This document shows positions 19,615 to 30,078 of a stretch of 64,000 nt of DNA, in pieces. Under the pieces are notes generated by a model, which was not told the DNA's origin, did not search any database, and saw only the letters and a program-made list of their open reading frames with translations. Made by a program: the position numbers and the translations under genes. Positions within the stretch are counted from its first letter, which is position 1. Each line of letters opens with the position of its first letter. The DNA comes from Dehalococcoidia bacterium (GTDB lineage: Bacteria > Chloroflexota > Dehalococcoidia > Plut-88900). Location: assembly GCA_965197645.1 (NCBI GenBank), contig OZ240219.1:64001-128000 (forward strand). Direction: 5' to 3'.

Positions 19615-22600
19615 ATGTCTCTAGAGCTTTTTCATCCGGTGGTGCAGGCCTGGTTTAGGAAGAAGTTCCGGCGTCCAACCGAGGCACAAGCCCAAGGTTG
19701 GCCCTCCATCGCAAAGGGCAGGCACACCCTGATCTCCGCCCCAACCGGGTCGGGTAAGACCCTCGCCGCTTTTTTGAAGTGCATCGACGATCTGTTTCAG
19801 AAGGGACTGCGGGAAGACGGGCTGCCCGACTCCACCCAGGTGGTCTACGTATCGCCGCTGAAGGCCCTCTCCAACGACATCGAGCGGAACCTGGCGCAGC
19901 CGCTGGCGGAGATAGCGGAGCTGGCCGGAGAGATGGGCGTGGAGCTGCCGGAGATACGGGTAGCCGTCCGAACGGGAGACACGCCGGCCAAGGACCGTCA
20001 GGCCATGGCCAAACGACCTCCCCACATTCTCATAACCACTCCCGAGTCGCTGTACCTGCTGTTGACCTCCAAGAGCGGTCGGAACGGATTGCGGGGCGCC
20101 AGGAGACTGATCCTGGACGAAATCCACGCCATCGCCGACGATAAGCGAGGCTCCCACCTCAGCATATCGGCGGAGCGGCTGTGCTCGCTGGCGGAGGGAC
20201 CGATAACCAGGATCGGTCTGTCGGCAACACAGCGTCCCATCGAGGAGGTGGCCCGGTTCCTGGTGGGGACATCGAACATCGATAAAAGCGGGAACCCTGA
20301 CTGCTCGATAGTGGACGCGGGCCACGCTCGAAACATCGACCTCGCCATCGAGATGCCGCAACAGGACGAGCTGGGGCCCATCGCAACCCACGAGCTGTGG
20401 GCGGAGACCTTGGACAGGATAGCGGAGCTGGTGAAGGCCCACCGCACCACCCTGCTGTTCGTGAACACCCGCCGGTTGGCGGAGAGGGTGGCGCACCAGC
20501 TATCGGAGAGAATGGGCGAGGAGGCGGTGGCCGCTCATCACGGAAGCCTTTCCCGAGAGACCCGGCTCAAGGCGGAGCAGAACCTGAAAGCCGGGCGCGT
20601 CAAGGTGTGCGTGGCCACGGCATCGCTGGAGCTGGGGATCGACGTAGGAAACGTGGACCTGGTGTGCCAGATCGGGTCGCCCAGGTCCATTGGGCTGCTG
20701 CTGCAGAGGGTGGGCAGATCGGGACACTCGCTGGGCAGGACTCCCAAGGGCCGGCTTTTCCCGCTGACCCGGGACGAGCTGGTGGAATGCACGTCGCTGA
20801 TGCGGGCCGTGCGCCGGAACAACCTGGACACGCTGGGCATCCCCTCGTGGCCGCTGGACGTGCTGGCCCAGCAGATAGTGGCGGCATGCTCCAGCGAGGA
20901 GTGGGATGAAGACGATCTGTTCTGCCTAGTACGAGGAGCCTATCCGTATCGAGAGCTGACCCGGCAGAAGTTCGACCAGGTGGTCGAGATGCTCTCCAAG
21001 GGAGTCGCGCCAAGGGGAGGGCGGTCCGGCGCGTACCTGCATCGAGACGGGGTGAACGGCAAGCTCCGGGGACGGCGAGGCGCCCGTCTCGCAGCCCTAA
21101 CCAGCGGTGGAGCGATACCGGACAACACCGACTACGATGTCATCGCCGACCCGGAGGCGGTGTTCGTGGGAACGGTCAACGAGGACTTCGCCATCGAGAG
21201 CATGGCCGGAGACGTGTTCTTGCTGGGCAACACTCCGTGGAAGATTCGGCGGGTGGAGAGCGGCCGGGTGCGGGTCGAGGACGCCTCCGGGAATGCGCCC
21301 ACCATACCCTTCTGGCTTGGTGAAGCGCCGGGCAGGACTCGGGAGCTGGCTGATGAGATATCGGACCTGCGGTTCGAGCTGGACCAGAGGTTGGACCGGC
21401 CCGAGGAGGCCAAGGAGTGGCTCGTGGAGGCCACGGGCGTAGTGGAGCTGGCAGCCCGGCAGGTGGTCGACTATTTGATCGAAGGGAAGCGGGTGCTGGG
21501 AACTGTGCCCACGGCGCGCAAGATCATAGCGGAGCGGTTCTTCGACGAGAGCGGCGGCACGCAGGTGGTGATTCACTCGCCCCTTGGTGCCCGTGTAAAC
21601 CGGGCCTGGGGCATGGCGCTGCGGAAGCAGATCTGCCGTAGCACGGACTTCGAGCTTCAGGCTGCGGCCACCGACGACGGGATAAACTTCTCCCTGGGCC
21701 CAACACTGTCATTCCCATTGAACGAGGTGTTTCGGCTTCTATCCTCGAAAACGGCGGAGCGTACACTGACCCAGGCGGCTCTGCCTGCGCCTCTTTTCCA
21801 GACCAGGTGGCGCTGGAACTCGACCAGGGCGCTGGCGATACTCAGGCACAATGGCGGGCGCAAGGTGCCGCCCCCGCTGCAGCGGATGCGCGCGGATGAC
21901 CTGCTGGCGGCGGTGTTTCCCGCCCAGGTCGCCTGCCAGGACAACATGCCTCGCGGGGACATCGAGATACCGGACCACCCCCTGGTCTTCGAGACCGTGC
22001 GAGACTGCCTGACCGAGGCAATGGACTTGGAGGGTTTGAAGGAGGTGCTGCAGGGGATAGAGAACGGCGAGATCGAGGTGTACGCCCGGGACACGCCCCA
22101 GCCCTCAGTGTTCAGCCATCAGCTGCTCAACGCCATGCCCTACGCCTTTCTGGACGATGCACCGCTGGAGGAACGGCGCTCCCGGGCGGTGACCCTACGA
22201 CGAGCACTGCCCGAGAACTCGCAAGACCTGGGCTCTCTGGACGTGGAGGCTATCGATGCGGCGGCAAACGACGCCTGGCCGACGATCAGGAACGCGGACG
22301 AACTTCACGATGCCCTGCTGACGCTGGGCCTGATGAACGCTCAGGATATCCAAACTCCCAGGGGGGATGCGACCGGCGAAATGCTGTCCGGCTGGTTCGA
22401 GGAGCTGATGAAGCAAGGTAGGGTGTCCAGCGTAATCAGAGAGGGCCGGGACAACGCCTGGACCGCCACCGAGTCCGCGGCCACCATCGTATCGGCGTTT
22501 CCCAATGCCCGGCTGGAGCCGGAGCCACCTCGACGGTTCCTCGATGGCCTGGAAGCGGCCCAAGAGGACGCTGTGCTGGGCCTCGTGAGGGGACGGGTCG

Positions 22601-23925
22601 AGTGCTCGGGGCCGTTCACCGACGGAGAGATGGCGCATGCCCTGGGCCTCCCCATGGGCGCGGTGACGATAGCACTAGCCAATCTGGAAAACGATGGTCT
22701 CTTGCTCAGGGGCTCATTCAGACCGGGAGCGGAGACGGAAGAGTACTGCGACCGACGGATTCTCGCTAGGATTCACCGGGCGACTATATCTCGACTGAGA
22801 CGTGAGATAGAGCCGGTGTCGGCGGCCGCATTCACACGGTTCCTGATACGATGGCAGCACGTCGAACCTTCTTCCAAGCTGCGCGGAGAGGCGGGCCTGC
22901 TGGAGGCGATAGAGGGCCTTCAGGGGTTCGAGGCAGCGGCCGGGGCATGGGAACAGCACCTGCTGAGGGCCCGGCTGACGGACTACAATCCCGCCTACAT
23001 GGACAACCTTTGCTTTGGCGGAGAGGTCGTGTGGGGGAGGATGGCCCATCGAAAGCCATCGCCGGAGCCTGCGGTCAGCAAATCAAGCCTGTCGAAGAGC
23101 GGGCCGGTGACCCTGGGGCTTCGAAAGGACTTGGACTGGCTCCTGGACGGCGACGCCATAGAGGACGAGAAGCTATCGGGGACCGCCCGGGACGTGCTTA
23201 AGGTCCTGGCCAACCGCGGCGCATCCTTCGTTCCGGACATAGTGAGAGAGTCGAAAAGGCTGCCGTCGGAGGTGGAGGACGCGCTGTGGCAGCTGGTGGC
23301 CGTGGGCAGAGCGACCGCGGACGGGTTCACGCCGCTGAGGAGACTGGCCACCGGTACGCCGGCCGCCATAAAGAGGAACGGCCGCATGAGAAGACGGGCC
23401 CGCAACCGGAGGTCCACCACCCGGTGGTCCCTGCTGCATGTTGAAGGCCGGGCCGAGGACATGATGGAGAAAAGGGCCTTCCAGTTCCTCCACAGGTACG
23501 GCGTGGTCATGCCGGAGCTGCTTGCCAGGGAATCGATGGCGCCGCCGTGGCGAGAGCTGGTGCGCATATACCGCCGAGCCGAGGCTAGAGGCGAGATAAG
23601 AGGTGGACGGTTCGTGGCGGGATTCGTAGGGGAGCAGTTCGCCCTGCCCGAGGCTGTGGAGACTCTGCGGGCCATGAGGAAGACCGATCCCAAGGGCGAG
23701 CTGATCACCATCTCCGCCTGCGACCCGTTGAACGTGGTCGGGATTCTAACGCCCGGAAGCAGGGTGCCGGCGGTGGTGGGAAACTCGATAGTGTACCGGG
23801 ACGGGGTACCTATCTGCTCGATGGAGGGTGGCGAGCTGGTGGAGCGGTCCGCCCTGGATGAGACCGCCAGGGAGTCGCTCCGGTTTCTGAAACGAGGCCC
23901 CGCGGCGGTCGCTCGGTCCCGCTAG
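19615..23925 (+). CDS. lhr: Lhr-family ATP-dependent DEAD/DEAH helicase (long form)
   Basis: APTGSGKT, YVSPLKALSND, TTPESL, DEIH, SAT, HHGSLS, SLELGID, QRVGRSGH; C-terminal GEIRGGRFVAGF.GEQFALP. Confidence 0.93.
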   Translation: MSLELFHPVVQAWFRKKFRRPTEAQAQGWPSIAKGRHTLISAPTGSGKTLAAFLKCIDDLFQKGLREDGLPDSTQVVYVSPLKALSNDIERNLAQPLAEIAELAGEMGVELPEIRVAVRTGDTPAKDRQAMAKRPPHILITTPESLYLLLTSKSGRNGLRGARRLILDEIHAIADDKRGSHLSISAERLCSLAEGPITRIGLSATQRPIEEVARFLVGTSNIDKSGNPDCSIVDAGHARNIDLAIEMPQQDELGPIATHELWAETLDRIAELVKAHRTTLLFVNTRRLAERVAHQLSERMGEEAVAAHHGSLSRETRLKAEQNLKAGRVKVCVATASLELGIDVGNVDLVCQIGSPRSIGLLLQRVGRSGHSLGRTPKGRLFPLTRDELVECTSLMRAVRRNNLDTLGIPSWPLDVLAQQIVAACSSEEWDEDDLFCLVRGAYPYRELTRQKFDQVVEMLSKGVAPRGGRSGAYLHRDGVNGKLRGRRGARLAALTSGGAIPDNTDYDVIADPEAVFVGTVNEDFAIESMAGDVFLLGNTPWKIRRVESGRVRVEDASGNAPTIPFWLGEAPGRTRELADEISDLRFELDQRLDRPEEAKEWLVEATGVVELAARQVVDYLIEGKRVLGTVPTARKIIAERFFDESGGTQVVIHSPLGARVNRAWGMALRKQICRSTDFELQAAATDDGINFSLGPTLSFPLNEVFRLLSSKTAERTLTQAALPAPLFQTRWRWNSTRALAILRHNGGRKVPPPLQRMRADDLLAAVFPAQVACQDNMPRGDIEIPDHPLVFETVRDCLTEAMDLEGLKEVLQGIENGEIEVYARDTPQPSVFSHQLLNAMPYAFLDDAPLEERRSRAVTLRRALPENSQDLGSLDVEAIDAAANDAWPTIRNADELHDALLTLGLMNAQDIQTPRGDATGEMLSGWFEELMKQGRVSSVIREGRDNAWTATESAATIVSAFPNARLEPEPPRRFLDGLEAAQEDAVLGLVRGRVECSGPFTDGEMAHALGLPMGAVTIALANLENDGLLLRGSFRPGAETEEYCDRRILARIHRATISRLRREIEPVSAAAFTRFLIRWQHVEPSSKLRGEAGLLEAIEGLQGFEAAAGAWEQHLLRARLTDYNPAYMDNLCFGGEVVWGRMAHRKPSPEPAVSKSSLSKSGPVTLGLRKDLDWLLDGDAIEDEKLSGTARDVLKVLANRGASFVPDIVRESKRLPSEVEDALWQLVAVGRATADGFTPLRRLATGTPAAIKRNGRMRRRARNRRSTTRWSLLHVEGRAEDMMEKRAFQFLHRYGVVMPELLARESMAPPWRELVRIYRRAEARGEIRGGRFVAGFVGEQFALPEAVETLRAMRKTDPKGELITISACDPLNVVGILTPGSRVPAVVGNSIVYRDGVPICSMEGGELVERSALDETARESLRFLKRGPAAVARSR

Positions 23926-24054
23926 GCCCTGGCAGGATTGCCTCGACCTGACTTCTTCGGGTATCGCCGTGACGAGGCCGTCGTTGCAAGCGACCGGGGA
24001 GTTGGTCCCGAGAGGGGTCGAAGGGAGCGAAGCGGTCCTGGGCGGGACAGGTCG

Positions 24055-24762
24055 CTACTCCACGCGGAGGACCGGGGCTTCCTTCCCTTCACCGAGCTGG
24101 TAGACCGCCGAGTACATGTTCCACCACATGTTCCTGCCCTCGAGGGCGGCGCGGCGTATGCTCCGGCGCTGGTCTTCGGAGGTGGAGTGTTGCTTCACGG
24201 TGTTCCATCCGGTCTCGGCGTGGGCCTCGTCCGCGCCGACGTGTACCGAGAAATAGGCCGCCTCGGCGGCGTCGTAACCGTAGTGACGCTTGAGACCCTC
24301 GGTCACGCCATCGCAGAACTCGGTGAACATATCCTCGATACCCAAGGATACGAAGCTCAGGGCCTCCTGCCACTTGCCGCGTACGGCGTACGCGGAAACG
24401 GTGTCGGGGTAGACTTTGGTCTCGGGTAGCATGGGACGGGAATCGATTTCATCCTCGGAGTAGCCAGCCGCCGCTCCGGACTTCAGCGCCAGCTCCCAGT
24501 GAGAGGGCACCTCCGGGGTGCCGGAGAGCTCGCCAAAGAGGTTCTCGGCAAGCTCCTTCTTTATGTCCCGGGGGGCCTGGGGGATGATGAGGGATAGACA
24601 GGAGATCCCTTCGAGAACGGTGAATTTAAGCTGGGCACATAGCTCCGCAATGGTATTGCGGTTAACCTGGCCGGCGATGAGGCCCCGATAGAGGGGATGG
24701 TTGACCACCGACTGGCTTTGAATCTCTTCCCGAAGATCGTCCCAAAAGCCGTTCTGTTCCAT
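24055..24762 (-). CDS. Heme-oxygenase-like diiron/TenA/PqqC/CADD family protein
   Basis: HPLY, ENL.GE......SH, IE, YFSVHVGADEAH. Confidence 0.8.
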   Translation of the reverse strand: MEQNGFWDDLREEIQSQSVVNHPLYRGLIAGQVNRNTIAELCAQLKFTVLEGISCLSLIIPQAPRDIKKELAENLFGELSGTPEVPSHWELALKSGAAAGYSEDEIDSRPMLPETKVYPDTVSAYAVRGKWQEALSFVSLGIEDMFTEFCDGVTEGLKRHYGYDAAEAAYFSVHVGADEAHAETGWNTVKQHSTSEDQRRSIRRAALEGRNMWWNMYSAVYQLGEGKEAPVLRVE

Positions 24763-24857
24763 CGTCTATCCACCTCCGTGATATCCGAAATAGCGCCTCT
24801 GTTACCAGGTCATGTTAATACGAGTAAAGGAGGGCGGCAAGACCGGGGTCGACATCG

Positions 24858-26114
24858 TCAGGCGGCCGGCGCCGTCTGGGGTTTGGGCACCCGCAGGGCC
24901 GCAAGGAGTAGGGCGGTAGCCACCACCACAGCTCCGGCGAACAGGAAGGTGGCCTTGACACCGTAGGCATCCGCCAAGATGCCACCTATCACGGGCCCTA
25001 TGGCGCCCACGGCGAAGGAGCTGGAGTAGGTGAGGGCTATCGTCGTCCCGTGTACCGTGTGGGTGGTAAGGTCCATGGACGTGGCCACGAATATGGAGTG
25101 GAGGGAGAAAATGAATGCACCTATGGCGGCGACGACCAGGGTCAGCTGCCATCCGGGATCGGCGAAGACCAGCGCTGTACACAGAAGGCCGAAGGCCACC
25201 ATGCTCGGGACCAGTATCGTCTTGCGGCTGAACCTATCCGACAGGAGTCCCATCAACGGCTGCGTAAATATGCCCGCCAGCTGCAAGAGGGACGCGTACA
25301 GTCCGACGATGAAGGTGGTGTACTCCAGGTCTTCTCGGAGGTAGATGGGTATGAATATGGCGACGGTGTGGTGGCTGAGGCTCCGGGTCCCGGACAACGT
25401 GAGAACCGCCAGCAGGGTCCTGTTTCGGAAGAGTTGCTTGGTAGCGGCAATGTAGTTGCCGACATTGGAGACGGCCCGTTCCACCTTCATGCCCCTGATC
25501 ATGATCCAGGTCAGCACGGCAGCCACGACGATGGGAATCATGCTTAGCTGGAACAGACGCTCCCAGGAGAGGACCAGCAGCAGAGCGCCGGCAATCAACG
25601 GCCCCGTAACTTCGCCGACGTTGCCGCCCGAACCATGCATCGATAGGGCGAACCCTCTGCGGCTCGGGAACAGGCTGGACATGGAGGCGATGGCCGATGG
25701 ATGCCACATGGAGGTGCCGATTCCCGCCAGGACCAGGGTTATCATTATGATCCAGTAGTTGGGGAAGCTGCCGGCTAGGAGATACCCGGCTCCGATCAGT
25801 ATCAGCGCTACGGTGAGGATCTGGGCCCGGTAGTTACTGTATCTATCGGCGACGAAACCGGCCGGAATGTTGACGGCCCCGCCGAGAATGCTTTCAACGG
25901 TGAAGAGGGCCCCAACGGCGGTGTTGCTGAGGCCCAGGCCGGCCTTGATCTCCGGCAGTACGACGGTGAGGGCCGAGTGGTAAAGGTGCTTTAGCCCGTG
26001 GCCCGACACCAGGGTGGACGCAACGACCATTCTGCCGGGCACGATGTTGTCTGGAGGCTTCTCCCTTAACCCGGCCGAGGTTGGGGGAACGGCGCCCTCT
26101 TCAGTGCTGTCCAT
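24858..26114 (-). CDS. MFS transporter (Fsr-like)
   Basis: GFVADRY, WHPSA, GLLSDRFSRK, GGILADAYG; about 12 TM. Confidence 0.88.
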   Translation of the reverse strand: MDSTEEGAVPPTSAGLREKPPDNIVPGRMVVASTLVSGHGLKHLYHSALTVVLPEIKAGLGLSNTAVGALFTVESILGGAVNIPAGFVADRYSNYRAQILTVALILIGAGYLLAGSFPNYWIIMITLVLAGIGTSMWHPSAIASMSSLFPSRRGFALSMHGSGGNVGEVTGPLIAGALLLVLSWERLFQLSMIPIVVAAVLTWIMIRGMKVERAVSNVGNYIAATKQLFRNRTLLAVLTLSGTRSLSHHTVAIFIPIYLREDLEYTTFIVGLYASLLQLAGIFTQPLMGLLSDRFSRKTILVPSMVAFGLLCTALVFADPGWQLTLVVAAIGAFIFSLHSIFVATSMDLTTHTVHGTTIALTYSSSFAVGAIGPVIGGILADAYGVKATFLFAGAVVVATALLLAALRVPKPQTAPAA

Positions 26115-26216
26115 CTAGCTTGTGCGATCCGATCCGGCGGTGGGAAGCTGCCTGTGTGCGAGTAACGGGGCACGCGGTGGTTACTCTAGCACCGGACGTG
26201 GGGATGTACAAGTAAA

Positions 26217-27285
26217 TGTACTTGTTCGGTAGATCAGTGACACATGAGGCCTTTGTTTGACTTGTATTGATGATGGAGGAACTGAAGGGGAGTGAGGTAG
26301 CCGAGGGACTGGTGAGGGCGTACGGTATTGTAGACCTCCTCCCAGTTCCGAAGGGCCTGGTTGAGAGGGCCCATATCCAGGTCGCCGTCGTAGACCTCAT
26401 AGAACTCCTCCGTGTGGGTGCGCTGGGCCATTTCCACATGGCCGTTAAGCTTGGGAGAGCGGGGAGGAAGTACGAAGAGACGTATCCCCAGCTCCTTGCA
26501 GGCATCTTCGAACTGAGCACAGAACTCACTCCCTCCATCCACCTGTATGGCGCTGACCTTGAAGGGCATCCTATCAATCAACTGATCGAGGAACGAGGTG
26601 GCCGTCACGGCGGTGGCCCGGGTGTACACCCCTACCACATCCCACCGGCTGCTCAGGTCCCTGGCGGTGAAGTGCTTTAGTATCACCCCAGGCAGAGGCC
26701 TCAGGTCCAGGGTGTCCACTTCTACCAGGTCCCCCGGCTCTGCCACCTGATACCCTTTAGGCTTACGCACCGCATAGGGGCGTCGGCGCATCCTCTTGCG
26801 AGCCGATACTCCATTGACTGGCAGCTCCCTCAGCTCTCCCCGGTCCTTCAACGCCTTCAGTATCCGTCCCACCATGGAAGTGGACACTCTCCATCCCTTT
26901 TCCCTCAACAGCACAACCAGCTTGTCCTTACCCCACCTCGGCCTTTCCTCCCTCATCTCCAGCACCGCCTGGGCCAGCTCCCTGCTCCACGTGGGCTGTC
27001 TCACTCTCCGGGGCCGGTGAGACCTCTCTTCCAGGCTTTCCAGCCGCCTCGGATCATACCTGCCCTTCCACTTGTAGAAGGTCTGCCGGCTTATCCCATA
27101 GTAACGACAGGTCAGCGATGCATTCAGACCGTGCCCTTTGTAATGGTCGAACCATGCCAACCTCCTCTTCCCCTCCCTGGACAACTCCCTGTACTTACCT
27201 AATGCTTTCGCTCTGCTTACTGTACCGTTTACTATCCTCATCATGACACCATTCTAGGTGTCACTCATCTTTCTGAACGAGATCA
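26217..27285 (-). mobile_element. IS481-family insertion sequence
   Basis: Imperfect ~27-bp TIRs TGTACTTGTTCGGTAGATCAGTGACAC / TGATCTCGTTCAGAAAGATGAGTGACAC; flanks GTAAA / GCAAA. Confidence 0.8.
26234..27244 (-). CDS. IS481-family DDE transposase (HTH + rve)
   Basis: CRYYGISRQTFYKW HTH, VEVDT, IQVDGGSEF, PKLNGHVE, YNTVRPHQSLGYLTP. Confidence 0.92.
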   Translation of the reverse strand: MMRIVNGTVSRAKALGKYRELSREGKRRLAWFDHYKGHGLNASLTCRYYGISRQTFYKWKGRYDPRRLESLEERSHRPRRVRQPTWSRELAQAVLEMREERPRWGKDKLVVLLREKGWRVSTSMVGRILKALKDRGELRELPVNGVSARKRMRRRPYAVRKPKGYQVAEPGDLVEVDTLDLRPLPGVILKHFTARDLSSRWDVVGVYTRATAVTATSFLDQLIDRMPFKVSAIQVDGGSEFCAQFEDACKELGIRLFVLPPRSPKLNGHVEMAQRTHTEEFYEVYDGDLDMGPLNQALRNWEEVYNTVRPHQSLGYLTPLQFLHHQYKSNKGLMCH

Positions 27286-27399
27286 GCAAAAGGGGCCCTG
27301 CGAACTTCCCATCAGAAGAAAGGCCGGGCGGCCGGAGGTGTATGCTACAATTTTAGCCAGGAAAGACCGGCTCAATGCCAGACGGGAAAGACCCGAATT

Positions 27400-28764
27400 A
27401 TGACCCAGAGCGATTACCGCAGCCTACCTAGCGTGGACGCGGTCCTGTCCCACCCAACCACCCGGGAGCTGGTGAAGACCTATTCGCACCAGGCATTGGC
27501 AGACCTGGCCCGCGACCAGTTGACCGACGCTCGAAAGGCGATAGGGGCAGGAGGAACGTGTCCTTCTCTGGAGACCGTGGTGGACACCATATACAACAAG
27601 GCCGTTGAACGGTGGCAGCTTAGACCCTCGAAGGTGATCAACGCCACCGGGGTGATCATCCACACCAACATGGGCCGAGCACCGCTCAGCGTCGAGGCCT
27701 GCCGGGCAATGCAGCTAGCGGCGGAAGGCTATTCCGACCTGGAGCTGGACATGAGGTCCGGGGAGCGTGGCTCCCGGTCCGGGACGATAGAGACGATGGT
27801 CTGCCAGCTGACCGGAGCAGAGGCGGCCCTGCCCGTCAACAACAACGCCTCGGCGCTGCTTCTAACCCTTAACGAGATGGCACAGAACAGAGATGTTGTG
27901 GTGAGCCGGGGGGAGGCGGTGGAGATCGGAGGTGGGTTCCGCATCCCGGACGTGTTGAAGGCCAGTGGAGCGGACCTGGTGGAGGTGGGCACCACCAATC
28001 GCACCTACGTCTCAGACTATGAAAACGCCATCTCCGACAGGACCGCCGCGTTTCTGAGCGTCCACACCAGTAATTTCAAGGTCGTGGGGTTCACCGAGAG
28101 TCCGAGCCTGGGCGAACTCGTAGAGCTTGGGGAGCGCCACGGAGTTCCCGTGCTGCACGACGTCGGTAGCGGGTGTCTGCTGGACACGACACGGTTCGGA
28201 CTGTCGCCGGAACCCACGCCTCAGCAAGGGATCGACGCCGGAGTGGACCTGGTGCTGTTCTCGACGGACAAACTGCTGGGCGGACCCCAGGCGGGGATAG
28301 TCGCGGGCAAGAAGAAGCTGGTCGACAGGATCAGGAAACACCCGATAGCCCGAGCCGTAAGGTGCGACAAGCTTACCCTGGCATCGTTGAGCGCCACGTT
28401 GCTGCATTATGTCAGGGAAGAGGCCTTGGAGAAGGTGCCGGTCTGGATGATGATATCGATGCCGCTGGAGGAGATAGAAGCCAGGGCCGGGAAGTGGGCG
28501 GAGGGGATCGAAGGAGCAAGGGTGGTCGAGGGATTCTCTACCATCGGAGGAGGGAGCCTTCCCGGTGACACACTGCCAACCAAAGTGGTTGCCGTCACAC
28601 CTAAGAGAGGCCACGCGGTGAATGAGCTGGCCAAGAAGCTGCGCACCGGTGAAACGCCGGTCATGGGCCGGATAGAGGACGACCTACTGCTGCTGGACCC
28701 TCGCACTGTCATGCCCGATGAGGACGAGGCCCTGTCGCGGGTTCTCGGGCAGGCCCTCGCTTAA
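27400..28764 (+). CDS. selA: L-seryl-tRNA(Sec) selenium transferase
   Basis: LPSVD, VINATGVIIHTNMGRAP, VNNNA, SRGEAVEIGGGFRIPDV, EVGTTNRT, HTSNF, DKLLGGPQAG. Confidence 0.96.
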   Translation: MTQSDYRSLPSVDAVLSHPTTRELVKTYSHQALADLARDQLTDARKAIGAGGTCPSLETVVDTIYNKAVERWQLRPSKVINATGVIIHTNMGRAPLSVEACRAMQLAAEGYSDLELDMRSGERGSRSGTIETMVCQLTGAEAALPVNNNASALLLTLNEMAQNRDVVVSRGEAVEIGGGFRIPDVLKASGADLVEVGTTNRTYVSDYENAISDRTAAFLSVHTSNFKVVGFTESPSLGELVELGERHGVPVLHDVGSGCLLDTTRFGLSPEPTPQQGIDAGVDLVLFSTDKLLGGPQAGIVAGKKKLVDRIRKHPIARAVRCDKLTLASLSATLLHYVREEALEKVPVWMMISMPLEEIEARAGKWAEGIEGARVVEGFSTIGGGSLPGDTLPTKVVAVTPKRGHAVNELAKKLRTGETPVMGRIEDDLLLLDPRTVMPDEDEALSRVLGQALA

Positions 28765-28770
28765 GGTAGT

Positions 28771-30078
28771 ATGTCAGGCATAACATACGGCTGCATCGCT
28801 CCCCACCCTCCCATCATGTTGCCCCAGATCGGTAAAGGGAGAGAGGCCCGCGTTGCCGATAGCATCGCCGGGATGGAGCGGATACGAAAGGACCTGGAGG
28901 AGAGCAGGCCGGAGGTTGGGGTGATCGTCAGCCCTCACGGGACGGTGCAACCCGACGCCATGGGCGTGGTGACCGCGCCCCGGAGCCGGGGATCCATGGC
29001 CCAGTGGGGAGCAGAAGGCCTGGAATACGGCTTCGATAACGACCCAGAGCTTGTCGATCTGCTCATCGAAGAGGCGGATGTTCCCATCAGGCCCATTGGG
29101 CAAGATGGCTACGTGCTGGACCACGGCGTGATGGTGCCGGCCTTCTTCCTCTCCTCCGTGCTCTCCAGGATTCCGCTGGTGGTCATCTCGTTCTCGATGC
29201 TGTCGCTGGAGAACCATCTGGCCTTCGGGAGAGGGATATGCCGGGCGGCGGCAAGGAGGGGAAAGCGGGTTGCCTTCATCGCCAGCGGCGACCTGTCGCA
29301 CAGGCTTCTGCCGGAGGCGCCTGCTGGGTTCGACCCGATGGGCCGAGTCTTCGACAGCAACGTGAAGGAGGCCGTGGAGTCCCTGGACGGCCGCGCCCTC
29401 GTGGAGACGGGCCCCGACCTGATCACCCGGGCCGGCGAGTGCGGATTGAGGTCGGTCATCATACTAATGGGAGCGCTGGAGGGACTGGGAGCAACGCCCC
29501 GAGTGCTGGCATACGAGGGGCCCTTCGGGGTGGGATACTTGACTGCTTCCTTTCAGACCGCCGAACACGTGCTGTTGAAGCTGGCCAGAGATGCCGTCGA
29601 GGGTTACGTTCGGTTGAACACGATTAAAGAGCCGCCACCGGTCCTACCGAAGGAGCTTCGAAAGTCAGCGGGGGCCTTCGTGACCATCATGCGTCGGGGT
29701 GAGCTTCGGGGCTGCATCGGGACGACGTATCCTCGGAAGGAGACCGTCGCCAAGGAGGTTATCGCCAACGCGATAAAGTCCGCCACCAAGGACACCCGGT
29801 TCCCTCCCGTTGCCATCGAAGAGCTGGACGAGCTGGAGTACTCTGTGGACGTGCTGACCACTCCCGAGCCGGTGGACGGACCGGGCCAGCTTGACCCCAA
29901 GACCTACGGCCTCCTGGTGCAAAACGGCAGCAAGATAGGGGTCCTTCTGCCAGGCATCGAGCAGGTGCAAACTGCCGAACAGCAGGTATCGATCTGCAAG
30001 TCTAAGGCGGGGCTATCATCGGACGACGAGGTGGCCCTGTTCCGGTTTCGCGTACAGCGTTTCGGTGCAAAGGTATAG
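28771..30078 (+). CDS. amrA: AmmeMemoRadiSam protein A with N-terminal Memo/LigB-like domain
   Basis: PHPP, SPH, LDHG, ASGDLSHRL, AGECG, YEGPFGVGY plus AMMECR1 GAFVT...LRGCIG, DTRFPPV, GVLLP. Confidence 0.88.
   Translation: MSGITYGCIAPHPPIMLPQIGKGREARVADSIAGMERIRKDLEESRPEVGVIVSPHGTVQPDAMGVVTAPRSRGSMAQWGAEGLEYGFDNDPELVDLLIEEADVPIRPIGQDGYVLDHGVMVPAFFLSSVLSRIPLVVISFSMLSLENHLAFGRGICRAAARRGKRVAFIASGDLSHRLLPEAPAGFDPMGRVFDSNVKEAVESLDGRALVETGPDLITRAGECGLRSVIILMGALEGLGATPRVLAYEGPFGVGYLTASFQTAEHVLLKLARDAVEGYVRLNTIKEPPPVLPKELRKSAGAFVTIMRRGELRGCIGTTYPRKETVAKEVIANAIKSATKDTRFPPVAIEELDELEYSVDVLTTPEPVDGPGQLDPKTYGLLVQNGSKIGVLLPGIEQVQTAEQQVSICKSKAGLSSDDEVALFRFRVQRFGAKV

Noticed and set aside
23926-24054. GC-rich spacer between lhr and the HDO gene as possible ncRNA
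   Set aside because: No SRP, 6S, RNase P or riboswitch motif recognisable.
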